Positions 50,621 through 60,449 are shown, counted from the stretch's first letter. The stretch: 64,000 bases of DNA from Dehalococcoidia bacterium (GCA_009377745.1 WHTK01000016.1:1328-65327); one strand, 5' to 3'. Notes: generated from the sequence alone by a model not told the origin. Translations and numbers: made by a program.

Positions 50621-50657
50621 GGGCCTCTAGCTCAGCGGTAGAGCAGCGGACTTTTAA
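50621..50657 (+). tRNA. 5' half of a tRNA-Lys(UUU) gene (acceptor 5' strand, D-arm, anticodon stem 5' strand and loop CTTTTAA); 3' half absent locally
   Basis: GGGCCTCTAGCTCAGCGGTAGAGCAGCGGACTTTTAA then non-tRNA sequence. Combining with the 3' fragment at 5840-5896 reconstitutes a nearly canonical cloverleaf (one C-A mismatch in acceptor). Confidence 0.55.
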
Positions 50658-50681
50658 CCTCCTGGTGCGGCAGGCAATCAA

Positions 50682-50716
50682 GTCCCCCGGTCCCAAAGCC
50701 TTTGGGACCGGGGGAC
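50682..50716. other. Perfect 17-bp GC-rich hairpin (GTCCCCCGGTCCCAAAG C CTTTGGGACCGGGGGAC)
   Basis: Checked base by base; every position pairs around a single central C. Confidence 0.6.
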
Positions 50717-50782
50717 CCCAGTCGGATGCCACTCTATGGCTTTCTCCGCCCTCACCTGTGGGGCGCATTCACTCCAGGCTGG

Positions 50783-52139
50783 TTACTCAACGCGATATCC
50801 CGCTGATTGCCAAGCTCCCACTCCGCCATCGAGATTGATCAAGTCGCGGAACCCGGCGGACTCAAGCAATGAGATGCCCGTCGATGAGCGCTCTCCATGG
50901 CCGCAGTAAACGACTACGGGCCGGTCCCGAGGGATGGTGGCGGCCTTCGCCGCCAAGCTCCCCAGTGGTATGTGTATTGCACCCTCGATATGACCGGCTT
51001 GGTACTCTGAGACTTCCCTGACATCAAGACTGACTGCGCCCTCAAGGAGGCGTTTCCTGGCCGTCGAGGCATCAGCAAGCTCGACGTGTCGCAGCTCTCG
51101 TCCTTGCGATTGCCAGGCTTCGATGCCTCCGCTGAGCCAACCGCCGAAGTTCTCATAGCCCACCAGTAGCGACTCTTCAAGGATTCGAACCAGTGGCGTG
51201 CCATCGGTTACGAAGAGCAGCAGTGAGTTCTCAAGTACCAGCCAGCCTAACCAGATCGGGTAGACGTCTCTGAAAGTGTCGCTCAACGAACCAGGGAGAT
51301 GCCCGTTGGCATAGTCCTCCTTGGACCGGACATCGACCACCACTGCTCGCGCTCGCAACGCCTCGAACTCCTCGGGGTCGAGCGCACGCGGCGGCGCAAT
51401 TTCTCGCACCAGGCGTGGGCCGCTTTGGTTCACTGCACGCAACCGAAAGAAGTAGTCGGGGACGGCCGGAAACGTGGTGGGCAGCCAGTTCGTGAAGGTC
51501 TCTTCATCTTCGATGGCCAGCACCAAGTTTTCGCGGCGTTCCCGTCCCAGAGTTGATGTGCGCTCTCCTCCGCTGCCCACCGAGCAGAAGGAACCACCAC
51601 CGTGAGTCGGGTAGAGGATGGTTTCGTCAGGCAGGTGGGAGAACGCGTGGTGCAGGGTCCGATACTGGGCTCGCGTCAAGGCTTCTGTAAGGTTTGGCGA
51701 AATGAGGTCTGTGCGCGCTGCGCCACCGACAATTAGGGAACCGCCACTGAAGAGCAATGGCGGGCCCGATGCTGAGCGAACCACGTAACTCAAGTGCTCG
51801 GGTGTGTGACCCGGCGAAGCTAACGCGGTGACCTCACATCCCTGCAAGTCAACGGACTCTGCGCCCCGTAGACCTCGATGCGGCAACTTGAGCTCCGCCT
51901 CACTGGGCGCGAAGATCGGTACGCCCGTCTGCGACGCAAGCTCATTGGCGCCGGAAACGAAGTCCGCGTGCAGATGCGTCTCGAAAACGCCGGCCGGCTT
52001 CAACCTGTTCGATGTCAAGGCATGCAAATAGCGCTCCCACGGTCCGGTCCGGGTCAATCAAGACAGCGGCACCGTTACCGAGGTCCACGACGTAGGAACT
52101 GTTGCCCAGGCCCTCGTGCACGAATTGAATTGCTCTCAT
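50783..52139 (-). CDS. Persulfide dioxygenase (MBL fold, ETHE1-like) fused to two rhodanese domains (CstB/Blh-like); frameshift near 52050
   Basis: N-terminal ORF MRAIQFVHEGLGNSSYVVDLGNGAAVLIDPDRT; main ORF HLHADFVSG...SPGHTPEH; C-terminal rhodanese CGHGERSSTGISLL. Confidence 0.7.
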
Positions 52140-53407
52140 GGCACCACCTTACTTGTTTGAAGTTCATGAGGTTTGCGGCCGGCGACGGTGAAAGCCGCCA
52201 CTACTCCCGAAAGGATCGTTATCGCCGCCACGGTTTGAATCGCAATGGAGAAGCCGAGGGCGTCGGCCAGGATGCCGCCAAGCAGAGCGCCCGCAATGGC
52301 CCCAGCATCCCGCCAGAAGCGATAAACGCCCAATGTCGAAGCACGATGCTGCGGATGAACCGCGTCGCCGATGGCTGCAAGCAGCGTTGGGTAGACCATC
52401 GCCGTACCGATGCCTACCAGGGCGACAGCGAGCATCCACAAAGCGTAGGAATCGGCCGCCGAAGCCAGCCAGATGGCAAGTCCCTGGAGGAGCATCCCAC
52501 CTACGATCAACGGTCTACGTCCGGCCACGTCGCTTAGCCAGCCGGTTAGTAGCTGAAGCGCGCCCCACATCAAGGGATAGAGAGACGCCAGGATGGCAAT
52601 GCGCTCGATACTCAAGCCCTTGCTGGCGAAGAACAGCGGGAAGATGCCCCAAATCAGGCCGTCGTTGAGGTTGTTGACCAAGCCCGCCTGAGAGATGCCC
52701 CAGAGCCGAGGCCGCCGCCAGCTTGCCTCCGCGAATGTCGTTCTCAGGGGCTGTTGCACGGTCGGCGGACGCTGCGTGGCTTCCAACGCTACGAATGCGC
52801 CGGTGTCCTTGACCAGCAAGGTGCTTAACGCAAGGCCACAAGCGACAAACACCACACCCAGGTAGAAGGGCTCCGGTCTGAGTCCGTAGTGTTGAGCAAT
52901 CACACCGGTCATATATGCGGCAGCGGCCACCGCCATGTAGCCCGCTGCCTCGTTGATGCCGAGAGCGAGGCCACGCTGTCGAGGACCCACGAGGTCTACT
53001 TTCATGTTCACGGTCATCGACCACGTCAAACCCTGGTTGATACCTAGCAATAGGTTAGCCGCCACTATCCAGCCCCAGGCGGGCGCCCACATCAAGACGA
53101 AGGGCACAGGTAGGCCAACCAGCCAGCCTGCGACAAGAAGCCTCTTACGGCTGAACCGTCCGGATGCGTGGCCCGCGAAGAGGTTGGTAAGCGCCTTAGC
53201 CAGGCCAAAGGTCGAAATGAATGAGACGGCCGCCGTCTTGGACGTGATGCCGAACTCGCTCTCGGCGAGCAGGGGCAAGATGGTGCGCTCCAGGCCGACC
53301 ATGCCACCAACGCAAGCATTCACAGCGACCAGGAGGGCGAACTGATGCCAGTTCGCCCTCAGGCCGAGCTTCATTGCTCCGGAGACCTGTTCACCGGAAG
53401 TGTTCAA
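52136..53407 (-). CDS. MFS transporter
   Basis: 12 TM; MFS motifs GHASGRFSRKRLLVAGW, LSDVAGRRPLIV. Confidence 0.75.
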   Translation of the reverse strand: MNTSGEQVSGAMKLGLRANWHQFALLVAVNACVGGMVGLERTILPLLAESEFGITSKTAAVSFISTFGLAKALTNLFAGHASGRFSRKRLLVAGWLVGLPVPFVLMWAPAWGWIVAANLLLGINQGLTWSMTVNMKVDLVGPRQRGLALGINEAAGYMAVAAAAYMTGVIAQHYGLRPEPFYLGVVFVACGLALSTLLVKDTGAFVALEATQRPPTVQQPLRTTFAEASWRRPRLWGISQAGLVNNLNDGLIWGIFPLFFASKGLSIERIAILASLYPLMWGALQLLTGWLSDVAGRRPLIVGGMLLQGLAIWLASAADSYALWMLAVALVGIGTAMVYPTLLAAIGDAVHPQHRASTLGVYRFWRDAGAIAGALLGGILADALGFSIAIQTVAAITILSGVVAAFTVAGRKPHELQTSKVVP

Positions 53408-53447
53408 AGGGCAGGCTCCGCCTCATTCGACTTCCCGAATGGCATCC

Positions 53448-54070
53448 TTAGACTTCGGTCAAACGCAGATATGGCTTCTCCTGCCGGTAGCCCTGTGGGA
53501 AGAGCTTGTCTGCTTCTTCGTTAGAGACGGCGGGGAGTATGACGACCTCGTCGCCGTGTTGCCAGTTGGCGGGAGTCGCGACGCGGTGGGAGTCGGTAAG
53601 CTGCAGCGAGTCGATCACTCGGAGCAATTCGTCGAAGTTCCGGCCGGTCGAAGCCGGGTAAATCAGCGACAGCCGGACGATTCCCTTTGGGTCGATAACG
53701 AAGACTGACCGGACGGTGGCCGTTGCGCTCGCCTGTGGATCGAGCATGTCGTAGAGCTGGGCGACCCGGTCGGAATCCGCGAGCAAGGGAAATTCAGGGC
53801 ACTCTTCTGCGTCTCTTCAATGTCCAGAGCCCACTTGGAGTGTGATTCGAGCGGATCAACGCTGAGGCCAATTACCTTAACGTTGCGCTTCTCGAACTCG
53901 GGCTTGAGCCGCGCCACCATGCCGAGCTCAGTCGTGCAGACCGGCGTGAAGTCCGCCGGGTGCGAGAAGAGTACCGCCCAGCTGTCTCCCTGCCATTCAC
54001 GGAAGTGAATGGTCCCTTCAGTTGATTCCTGAACGAAGTCAGGCGCGTCACTACCGAGTCGTATCGTCAT
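53448..54070 (-). CDS. 1-Cys peroxiredoxin (Prx6-like), frameshift near 53790
   Basis: MTIRLGSDAPDFVQESTEGTIHFREWQGDSWAVLFSHPADFTPVCTTELG ... then second ORF ...SVFVIDPKGIVRLSLIYPASTGRNFDELLRVIDSLQL. Confidence 0.65.
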
Positions 54071-54331
54071 TTTGATCCTCCTACTGTTGCTTGAGCTAAC
54101 AGCCGTACCAAGACGCCGAAGAGTCTGTTGAAATCCCTGGCCGAGTTTCTACGAGGAACCCTCCGGGCGCTTGTACGCACTAAACGTGATCCCACGTGTC
54201 TCGAATTCTGCAGCGTCTGACTCGTGCTTTGAGCCTGAAAAGACGTCTACTTCCTGACCCCAGCGGACGTTGCTAAAGCCCGTGTGGTCCAGTACCCACT
54301 GCCACTCTGCATACTGCAGAGCGCCCGCGAT

Positions 54332-54960
54332 TCAACCAGACCAGAGCTCGATGTCGTCTCTGGCGCTCTGTGGCACGGGCAAGTGGACGATGATATCGGC
54401 GATTCGGAACCGGCCGCCGGGCTTGAGCACTCGCCAGACCTCGCGCATGGCCTGCACTTTGTCAGGGGTTAGGTTGATGACACCGTTGCTGATGACGACG
54501 TCGATGCATGAGTCCTCAACCGGTAGCGTCTCCAGGTAGCCAAGGCGCGCCTCGACATTCTTCAGGCCCAAGTCCTGGGCACCACGAAGCGTCTTGTCGA
54601 GCATCGCTGGCGTCATGTCTACGGAGATCACGCGGCCTGTATCGCCCACCTGACGAGCCGCAATGAGGGAGTCGAAGCCAGCACCGCAGCCGAGGTCAAG
54701 AACCACTTCACCGCGCTTGAGCTTACCCATCAGGAACGGATTACCCGTGCCGGCGAAGGAGTCTACCGTGCCCTGAGGTAACGCATCGACCTCGGCATCC
54801 GCATAGCCAGCATTCGAGCCAGCGAGCGTCCCGTGTGGAAGTGAAAGCCATGGCCTGGGTCTAGCGCCACGTCCGTGTACTTGGCCTGGATCTGCTGACG
54901 CAGGTCGTCTCGATCTACGGCTGCTGGCTGGACCCCGCGTTCTGTGTCCGTCATCTGCAT
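54332..54960 (-). CDS. ArsM-like arsenite/SAM methyltransferase, frameshifted (N-terminal ORF 54763-54960, core 54332-54730, C-terminus in a third frame)
   Basis: VLDLGCGAGFDSLIAARQVGDTGRVISVDMTPAMLDK...DVVISNGVINLTPDKVQAMREVWRVLKPGGRFRIADI. Confidence 0.5.
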
Positions 54961-54963
54961 CTC

Positions 54964-55221
54964 CTATTGGGATCTTTCAAATACAGGGCTCGGTTCGTCG
55001 ACTTGTTGGTGTTCACCCGGCCCTTGATTGCTGACGACCTCACGCCTGCGGATGTGCTGTCGCAGTGTGCCGTAGAGCTCATGGCCGAAGCCCTTGAGGT
55101 TGTAATGAATGCCGATATGGTCTGCCAGTTGTTCGACTACCTGCTCAATCGTGTCGGCCTCCGCCGAGAAGCTGCAGTCCTGCCACCCTACGTCTCGGCA
55201 ATCGATGTAGTACTTGCTCAT
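54964..55221 (-). CDS. DUF1059 small metal-binding-like protein
   Basis: MSKYYIDCRDVGWQDCSFSAEADTIEQVVEQLADHIGIH. Confidence 0.5.
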   Translation of the reverse strand: MSKYYIDCRDVGWQDCSFSAEADTIEQVVEQLADHIGIHYNLKGFGHELYGTLRQHIRRREVVSNQGPGEHQQVDEPSPVFERSQ

Positions 55222-55394
55222 GTCTCTGTTCGGCCCTCCTTCTAGAGGATTCGCAACAACAAGGTCCCGCCAAGACGGCGACAGCAGAGATTTTCCTAAC
55301 GTCCGGGAATGAACACTGAAGCTCCTAGCCCTTTCGAGACGAGGACAGAGGCGCCGGAGATGTCGCTCGCGGCGCCGCCATCCGCGCGATTGCT

Positions 55395-56252
55395 CTAGCG
55401 CGATACCGTGACCCGCAAGAAGGTCGCAGGAATGGACGTCGTGTTTGGGCTGGTGCTTCTGTTCTGTTCCTTGAACAGGTCCTCGAGCTCCGTTTGTAAC
55501 TCGTCTGCCCGTCCGTCCTTTTCTGCAGCCTCGAACGCATTCATCGTCGGGCCGTAGAAAGTCCGGAAGGCGGCGACGAAGTCGGCGGGCGAGCTGGGGT
55601 AGTTGAACGTGTAGGTGTCTCTCTCACAGGAGATCTGCTCCTTCGAGATACCCGCAGCGCCAAAGCGCTCGACTACGTTGCTTTCCACGCCCCAGGTCAT
55701 CGGGCTGATGGTGCCTTCCGGCGGTGGTGGCGAATAGGAGGAGCTGATCCTCAGGATCTGTGCGACCAGCGTCGGGTCGTTGGGGATCCAGTTTCCCATG
55801 ACAATGCGGCCGCCTGGCCGGGTCACGCGTACCATCTCCCTGGCCACGTCGAACGGCTTGGGCGCGAACATGGCGCCGAAGATGCTCACAACGAGGTCAA
55901 AGGAATCGTCTTGCAGGTCCCGCAAGTCTGTCGCGTCGCCTTGCTGGAACCTGCAATTCGTGAGGCCCATTGCCTCGGCGCGCTTGTTGCCGGCCTCGAC
56001 GAGGTTCCTCGCGATGTCGACCCCCAAAACAGCCGCGCCGAGCTTTGCTTCGGGGAAGGCAGTCGTCCCGTCTCCACTGCCGAGATCGAGGACCCGAAGC
56101 CCCTTCGTGATGCTGAGGCCCTGCACGAGCGCTTCGCCGCTCTCGCGCATGCTCTCCGCTATGCGTGTGAAGTCGCCCTTCTCCCAGAGGGCCTGGTTAG
56201 CGTTGATCTGGTTCGTTGTCATTGACGTACTCGCTTTCAAGTTGCTAGGCAC
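55395..56252 (-). CDS. Class I SAM-dependent methyltransferase
   Basis: VLDLGSGDGTTAFPEAKLGAAVLGVDIARNLVE...TRPGGRIVMGNW. Confidence 0.65.
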   Translation of the reverse strand: MPSNLKASTSMTTNQINANQALWEKGDFTRIAESMRESGEALVQGLSITKGLRVLDLGSGDGTTAFPEAKLGAAVLGVDIARNLVEAGNKRAEAMGLTNCRFQQGDATDLRDLQDDSFDLVVSIFGAMFAPKPFDVAREMVRVTRPGGRIVMGNWIPNDPTLVAQILRISSSYSPPPPEGTISPMTWGVESNVVERFGAAGISKEQISCERDTYTFNYPSSPADFVAAFRTFYGPTMNAFEAAEKDGRADELQTELEDLFKEQNRSTSPNTTSIPATFLRVTVSR

Positions 56253-56699
56253 TTTGTCGTCTGTTCGGGATGCTCTACCCGGCGCTCTGTGTGGGTCATC
56301 TGCACCTCACGCAACCGAGGATGCTGGATCCGCCAGCGGGATTTGCCGGCATTCTGGATTCGCTGCTTCATCCTCGAATATTGACTCTGCGGTCAATGCT
56401 TTCAGGTATAAGGCTCCTGCTGGTCAGCTCTTAGCGCTGCTCTTTCTCTTAAGGACGAAGCAGGTCGCCGCGAGAAGGACGACGGTAAAGGCAGTCATAA
56501 TCAGCCAGGTCTCGATTACTGGGCGTGAGAAGCTATCGCCGTACTGAGCAAGCAATGGCGGCCCCAAGGGCGAAGCGCCATTCGCGAAAAACTCATTTAG
56601 ACCGACGCTGTGACCCAGGGATTCAAAGGACCAGCGGTCGGACATGAGGACGCTCGTCGCCTTGCCAATGAACGCCATGATCGGGACCGGCAGGATGGC

Positions 56700-56875
56700 A
56701 CCGGAGAAGAGCGCTTAAATTGGTGTGCCGAACGAGAGCGCCTCTCGAATGACCGAAGCGTCGCCAATACGCTAAGCTGCAGAAGAGTTCGGGTCTTCCC
56801 CCGGCTCGCGGAGCCAACATAACATATTTGTGCTAATCGCAGACGATGCCTAAGAACCTTTGAGATAATCAGCAT
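56700..56875 (-). pseudogene. ParB-HTH-only gene - repeat-module copy 5, 5' fragment only
   Basis: GKTRTLLQLSVLATLRSFERRSRSAHQFK then non-homologous. Upstream palindromic region (56805-56830) and divergent leader homologous to copy 4 (gatgcctaagaaccttt vs gatgctcaagaaccttg). Confidence 0.45.
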
Positions 56876-57397
56876 CGAAAGAACGCCCCAGCGACTGGGC
56901 TGGAAGTGACCTGGGCCCGTCTACACGCGAATCATCACTGGTGGTCAGGAGATCGCAGGAGCCAGCCCAATTCCGTTCCGCGAGAGGCTAGAACCTGAGC
57001 GGAGGCTGGAGCCTTCTCACTCAGCTCGATGTTCGCGCACCAGCGACCGAATTTGAATTTGATCGCCACCAGTCTGGGAAAAAGACTTGACTTCCAGCCA
57101 ATCTGTCACATGTTGCGGCCATCTTTGGTCGATGCAGCCGCAAGCCTTCTACAGGATCGAAGGGATGTCCGGTCAATTTGCTTCGGGACCCGATTCAGCC
57201 TTTGGCGAATGCCACCGCTGCGAACTCCATCTTGCGCAGGACTCACATCCATCCTGCAAAATAGGACGATCAAGTTAGGAGTTTCCGCTGACGGCTGCTT
57301 GGCTAGATGTAATTCCCACGAAGGTTGTTGACAGGAGGAGAGCAGAGCCTGCTGGCTGATAGGTGTCAGCCAGATCAACAGCAGGAGGCTCTCCCCC

Positions 57398-57820
57398 GTG
57401 ACTCATCGTAACGCTCGGCTCACCGTCTACGGACGGCATCTCATTGTTCAGCGCCTGGAGCAGGGCTATACGCAGGCGGCAGCGGCCGCCGCAGCGAGTG
57501 TCTCACGTAGCACCGTAGCCAAGTGGGCCAAGCGCTACCAGACTGAGGGGGGTCGCCGGCCTCCAGGACCGCCTGAGCCGGCTCACGCACTGCCGACATG
57601 CGCTGCCCGAGCACGTCGTCGCTGCGATCGTCCGCCTCCGGGGCGAGCTCGGCTGCGGGCCTCATCGCATTGCCTAGCAGCTCGGCCCCCTGCCTCCACG
57701 GTTTATGGGGTCTTGCGTCGGGCCGGTCTGAGCGTCCACGTCGACGCTCCTGCAGAAGCCGTCGCAACGCTGGAGCTCGAAGCGAGCCACCTGTCGACCC
57801 AGCACAAAGCAGTGCCGTGA
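57398..57820 (+). mobile_element. IS481-family transposase N-terminal (HTH) remnant, frameshifted and lacking the DDE domain; preceded by imperfect about 30-bp inverted repeat (57325-57385)
   Basis: MTHRNARLTVYGRHLIVQRLEQGYTQAAAAAAASVSRSTVAKWAKRYQTEG...; later TVYGVLRRAGLS. Confidence 0.55.
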
Positions 57821-57934
57821 GTGCTTCTGTGAGACCCCTCGAAGCCGGCGCTGCGCATTCCGTGCATCTGAACAGGCTACAGCCGGTTCAATGCCGTGAG
57901 GCAATTGGCCTCCATAAATGGAGGTCGCAAAACC

Positions 57935-58525
57935 TTATGAACTTGCATTTGGCGTAACACGCGGCCTAGGCTTGGCCGCCGCCGCGACAGGGTGCGTCTG
58001 ATGAGATTGGCGCTCAGTCGCGCAGTACGGACAGGCAACCCAGTTTGTCCGTATAGGACGCGAGCAGTTCCTGCAAGGCTCGCGGAGGGGGATTCTGCAA
58101 TGAGGGCAGACATTAAAATCTTGATCGACGCACGCGTAGCAACTGTGGCAGGCGTTCGAATCGACTTGGATCTCATGGAGGATGGCTTCGGTCTGGAGCC
58201 ATCGCTCATGGGCCTCGGCGAAAGTTTCCTGGGGCCGTGTCACTAAATAGATGACCAGGCCGGGTAGATTAAAGAGGCCGACTAAGAGCACGGCGACAGC
58301 CCGCGAGAGTGAGTCGCCCGTACGAGTGCGCACATCACGATAGGTCCATACGACGGCGCTGACCCAGAGGACGCCTGTGTAGGCGGCGAGCAGCACTCCA
58401 ATGAGCTTGAGCGCGGCTTCCAGATTGCCGCCTAGTCCAGTGATGAGGAGATCATGCATTCCCATTGCTTCATCTCTAACCGGCCGAGCACCCTGTTCCA
58501 TTGCCCGCATCCAGAAAGACTGCAA
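57935..58525 (-). CDS. Membrane protein with C-terminal double zinc-ribbon (CxxC x4)
   Basis: CHSCYACVDQDFNVCPHCRIPLREPCRNCSRPIRTNWVACPYC. Confidence 0.45.
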   Translation of the reverse strand: MQSFWMRAMEQGARPVRDEAMGMHDLLITGLGGNLEAALKLIGVLLAAYTGVLWVSAVVWTYRDVRTRTGDSLSRAVAVLLVGLFNLPGLVIYLVTRPQETFAEAHERWLQTEAILHEIQVDSNACHSCYACVDQDFNVCPHCRIPLREPCRNCSRPIRTNWVACPYCATERQSHQTHPVAAAAKPRPRVTPNASS

Positions 58526-58782
58526 TCATGTCTGGCGACCGAGTTCATGCAGGAGACCTTCAGACGGCCATTAGATCCGGCGATAGCAGTCGGCATCATC
58601 GTGGTGGCGTTCTGGACGCCTAAGATTCGCCTGCCCGGTCGGCTAGCTCGTCCCTCTATAGCGATCCACACTTCGGATCGGCGCTCGGCAGCCAAGGACG
58701 GCGCTACGAAGCAAGCTCGCATTGACATGCCGCCGGATCCCAAGGTGAGCACGGGGAACGGATCCCTCGTCGTCCAGCATCC

Positions 58783-59532
58783 TTAGGTCGATTCAGCCGG
58801 AGCACTTATAGGCGGCGCTTCGACTACATCTGAAGAAAAGAGCCACATGTAGGCGACGCCTCCAACGACGGCACCGAGGATTGGAGCCAGCCAGAAGAGC
58901 CAAACCTGCTCTAGGGCTTCTCCACCCACGAAGAGCGCTGGACCCAGGCTACGCGCTGGGTTGACGGAGACGTTGGTAACAGGAATCGCGATCAAGTGAA
59001 TGAGAGTCAACCCAAGGCCTATAGCTAGGGGCGCAAAGCCGGAAGGTGCGCGCTTATCGGTCGCCCCCATAATGATGGCCAGGAAGAAGAAGGTCAGAGC
59101 AAACTCCGCCACGAACGCCGCTAAGAGCGAATAACCTCCTGGAGAGAGATTATCGTAACCGTTCACAGCGAGGCCGTTCGGTGCCAAATCAAATCCTGGT
59201 CTGCCTTCGGCGATAACCAGGATGAGACCCGCCGCGAGTATGGCTCCTCCCACCTGACACACGATGTACGGGGCCAGATCTGAGGCAGGGAAGCGCCTTC
59301 CAACCCACAGGCCAATAGAAACGGCGGGGTTTAGATGGCAGCCAGAGATGTGGCCAATAGCATAAGCCATCGTCATCACTGTCAGGCCGAATGCCAGCGC
59401 TACTCCCAGAAGACCGATCCCTAGGGTGTTCGCCTCATCAGGGAAAGACGCCGCTAAAACAGCCGCTCCCACACCGCCAAAAACAAGCCAGAAAGTGCCG
59501 ATAAATTCTGCGGCGCATCTCTTTGTCAGCAT
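58783..59532 (-). CDS. aqpZ: Aquaporin Z / MIP-family channel
   Basis: [10 protein letters not shown] and second NPAR motif ([12 protein letters not shown]). Confidence 0.85.
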   Translation of the reverse strand: MLTKRCAAEFIGTFWLVFGGVGAAVLAASFPDEANTLGIGLLGVALAFGLTVMTMAYAIGHISGCHLNPAVSIGLWVGRRFPASDLAPYIVCQVGGAILAAGLILVIAEGRPGFDLAPNGLAVNGYDNLSPGGYSLLAAFVAEFALTFFFLAIIMGATDKRAPSGFAPLAIGLGLTLIHLIAIPVTNVSVNPARSLGPALFVGGEALEQVWLFWLAPILGAVVGGVAYMWLFSSDVVEAPPISAPAEST

Positions 59533-60035
59533 CTGTCACCTCTCCTTTCTCATGCCAGGACTTGCCTATGCCCCAATGCTCGCCATAATCACACAGCAGA
59601 CTTCACTGATACCTTTCCGGGACTTAAGTCATACGTTGCTTGTCCAGTCAACTCGTTTCTGGTAGCGCACAGTCTTCAAGATCAGCACCTCCTTGAATTA
59701 GTTAGTTACAGGACCGTCTAGCTCCTCTTTTATAAAGATCCAACCATCTTCCGTTCGTGGATCTTTGTGGCCGGCCTTCGCCTCCACTCTGCCACATTGT
59801 GAACATATTCTGATGAAGACCACGGCGTTCAAGCGTTCCTCAAAACCACGCAGTCGATCCCACGTGTGAGGGCAAGTATTCTCCGAAGATCGTTCTTCAA
59901 CCAAGATGACACCTGTTTTTCCTTCACAGAGGTGACGCCCTCATGTAAAGGAAGTTCCACTAGATCTGCAGATTGATCAACTCTTACTGGTTCAGTCTGT
60001 TTCTTTCGATTTAGTGGGGCACTCTATTGAACGAT

Positions 60036-60449
60036 CTATTTCTGGAATGCTTGCTCCGGAGCGCACCAAGGGACACCCTGATGTCCTTCTACGGATAGCA
60101 GGCGGTACTGTCTCTGGGCCAGGTCGCCGGCCAAGAATTCTTCGGATTTCCTTCTCCAGGCGGAAGAGCTGACGCCTTCTTTGAAGGAACACTGGCATTC
60201 ATCTCCTTTCTCGATTACTTCTGCAAAGGCGTACGCTAGTAGAATTGGCTGTACCTTCCCTGTGTCGTGGTACGCAACTTTGCAACAAAAGGCCTCCATA
60301 ACCGCCGACTTGACCTTGGGTTCGAGCCATTCGTAAGGAGTTGACGTTGCATTGCCAGAACTGTGTGAAGGCCATGATTTCGGTTTTGGTGATCCGTGCT
60401 CGGAGAGCCTTGGAGGCCCGCTTGTACGTAGCACTTGACCTCCTGACAC
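60036..60449 (-). CDS. Hypothetical protein in low-GC patch (only C-terminal about 85 aa look like real coding)
   Basis: MEAFCCKVAYHDTGKVQPILLAYAFAEVIEKGDECQCSFKEGVSS...; local GC visibly lower than surroundings. Confidence 0.3.
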   Translation of the reverse strand: MSGGQVLRTSGPPRLSEHGSPKPKSWPSHSSGNATSTPYEWLEPKVKSAVMEAFCCKVAYHDTGKVQPILLAYAFAEVIEKGDECQCSFKEGVSSSAWRRKSEEFLAGDLAQRQYRLLSVEGHQGVPWCAPEQAFQK

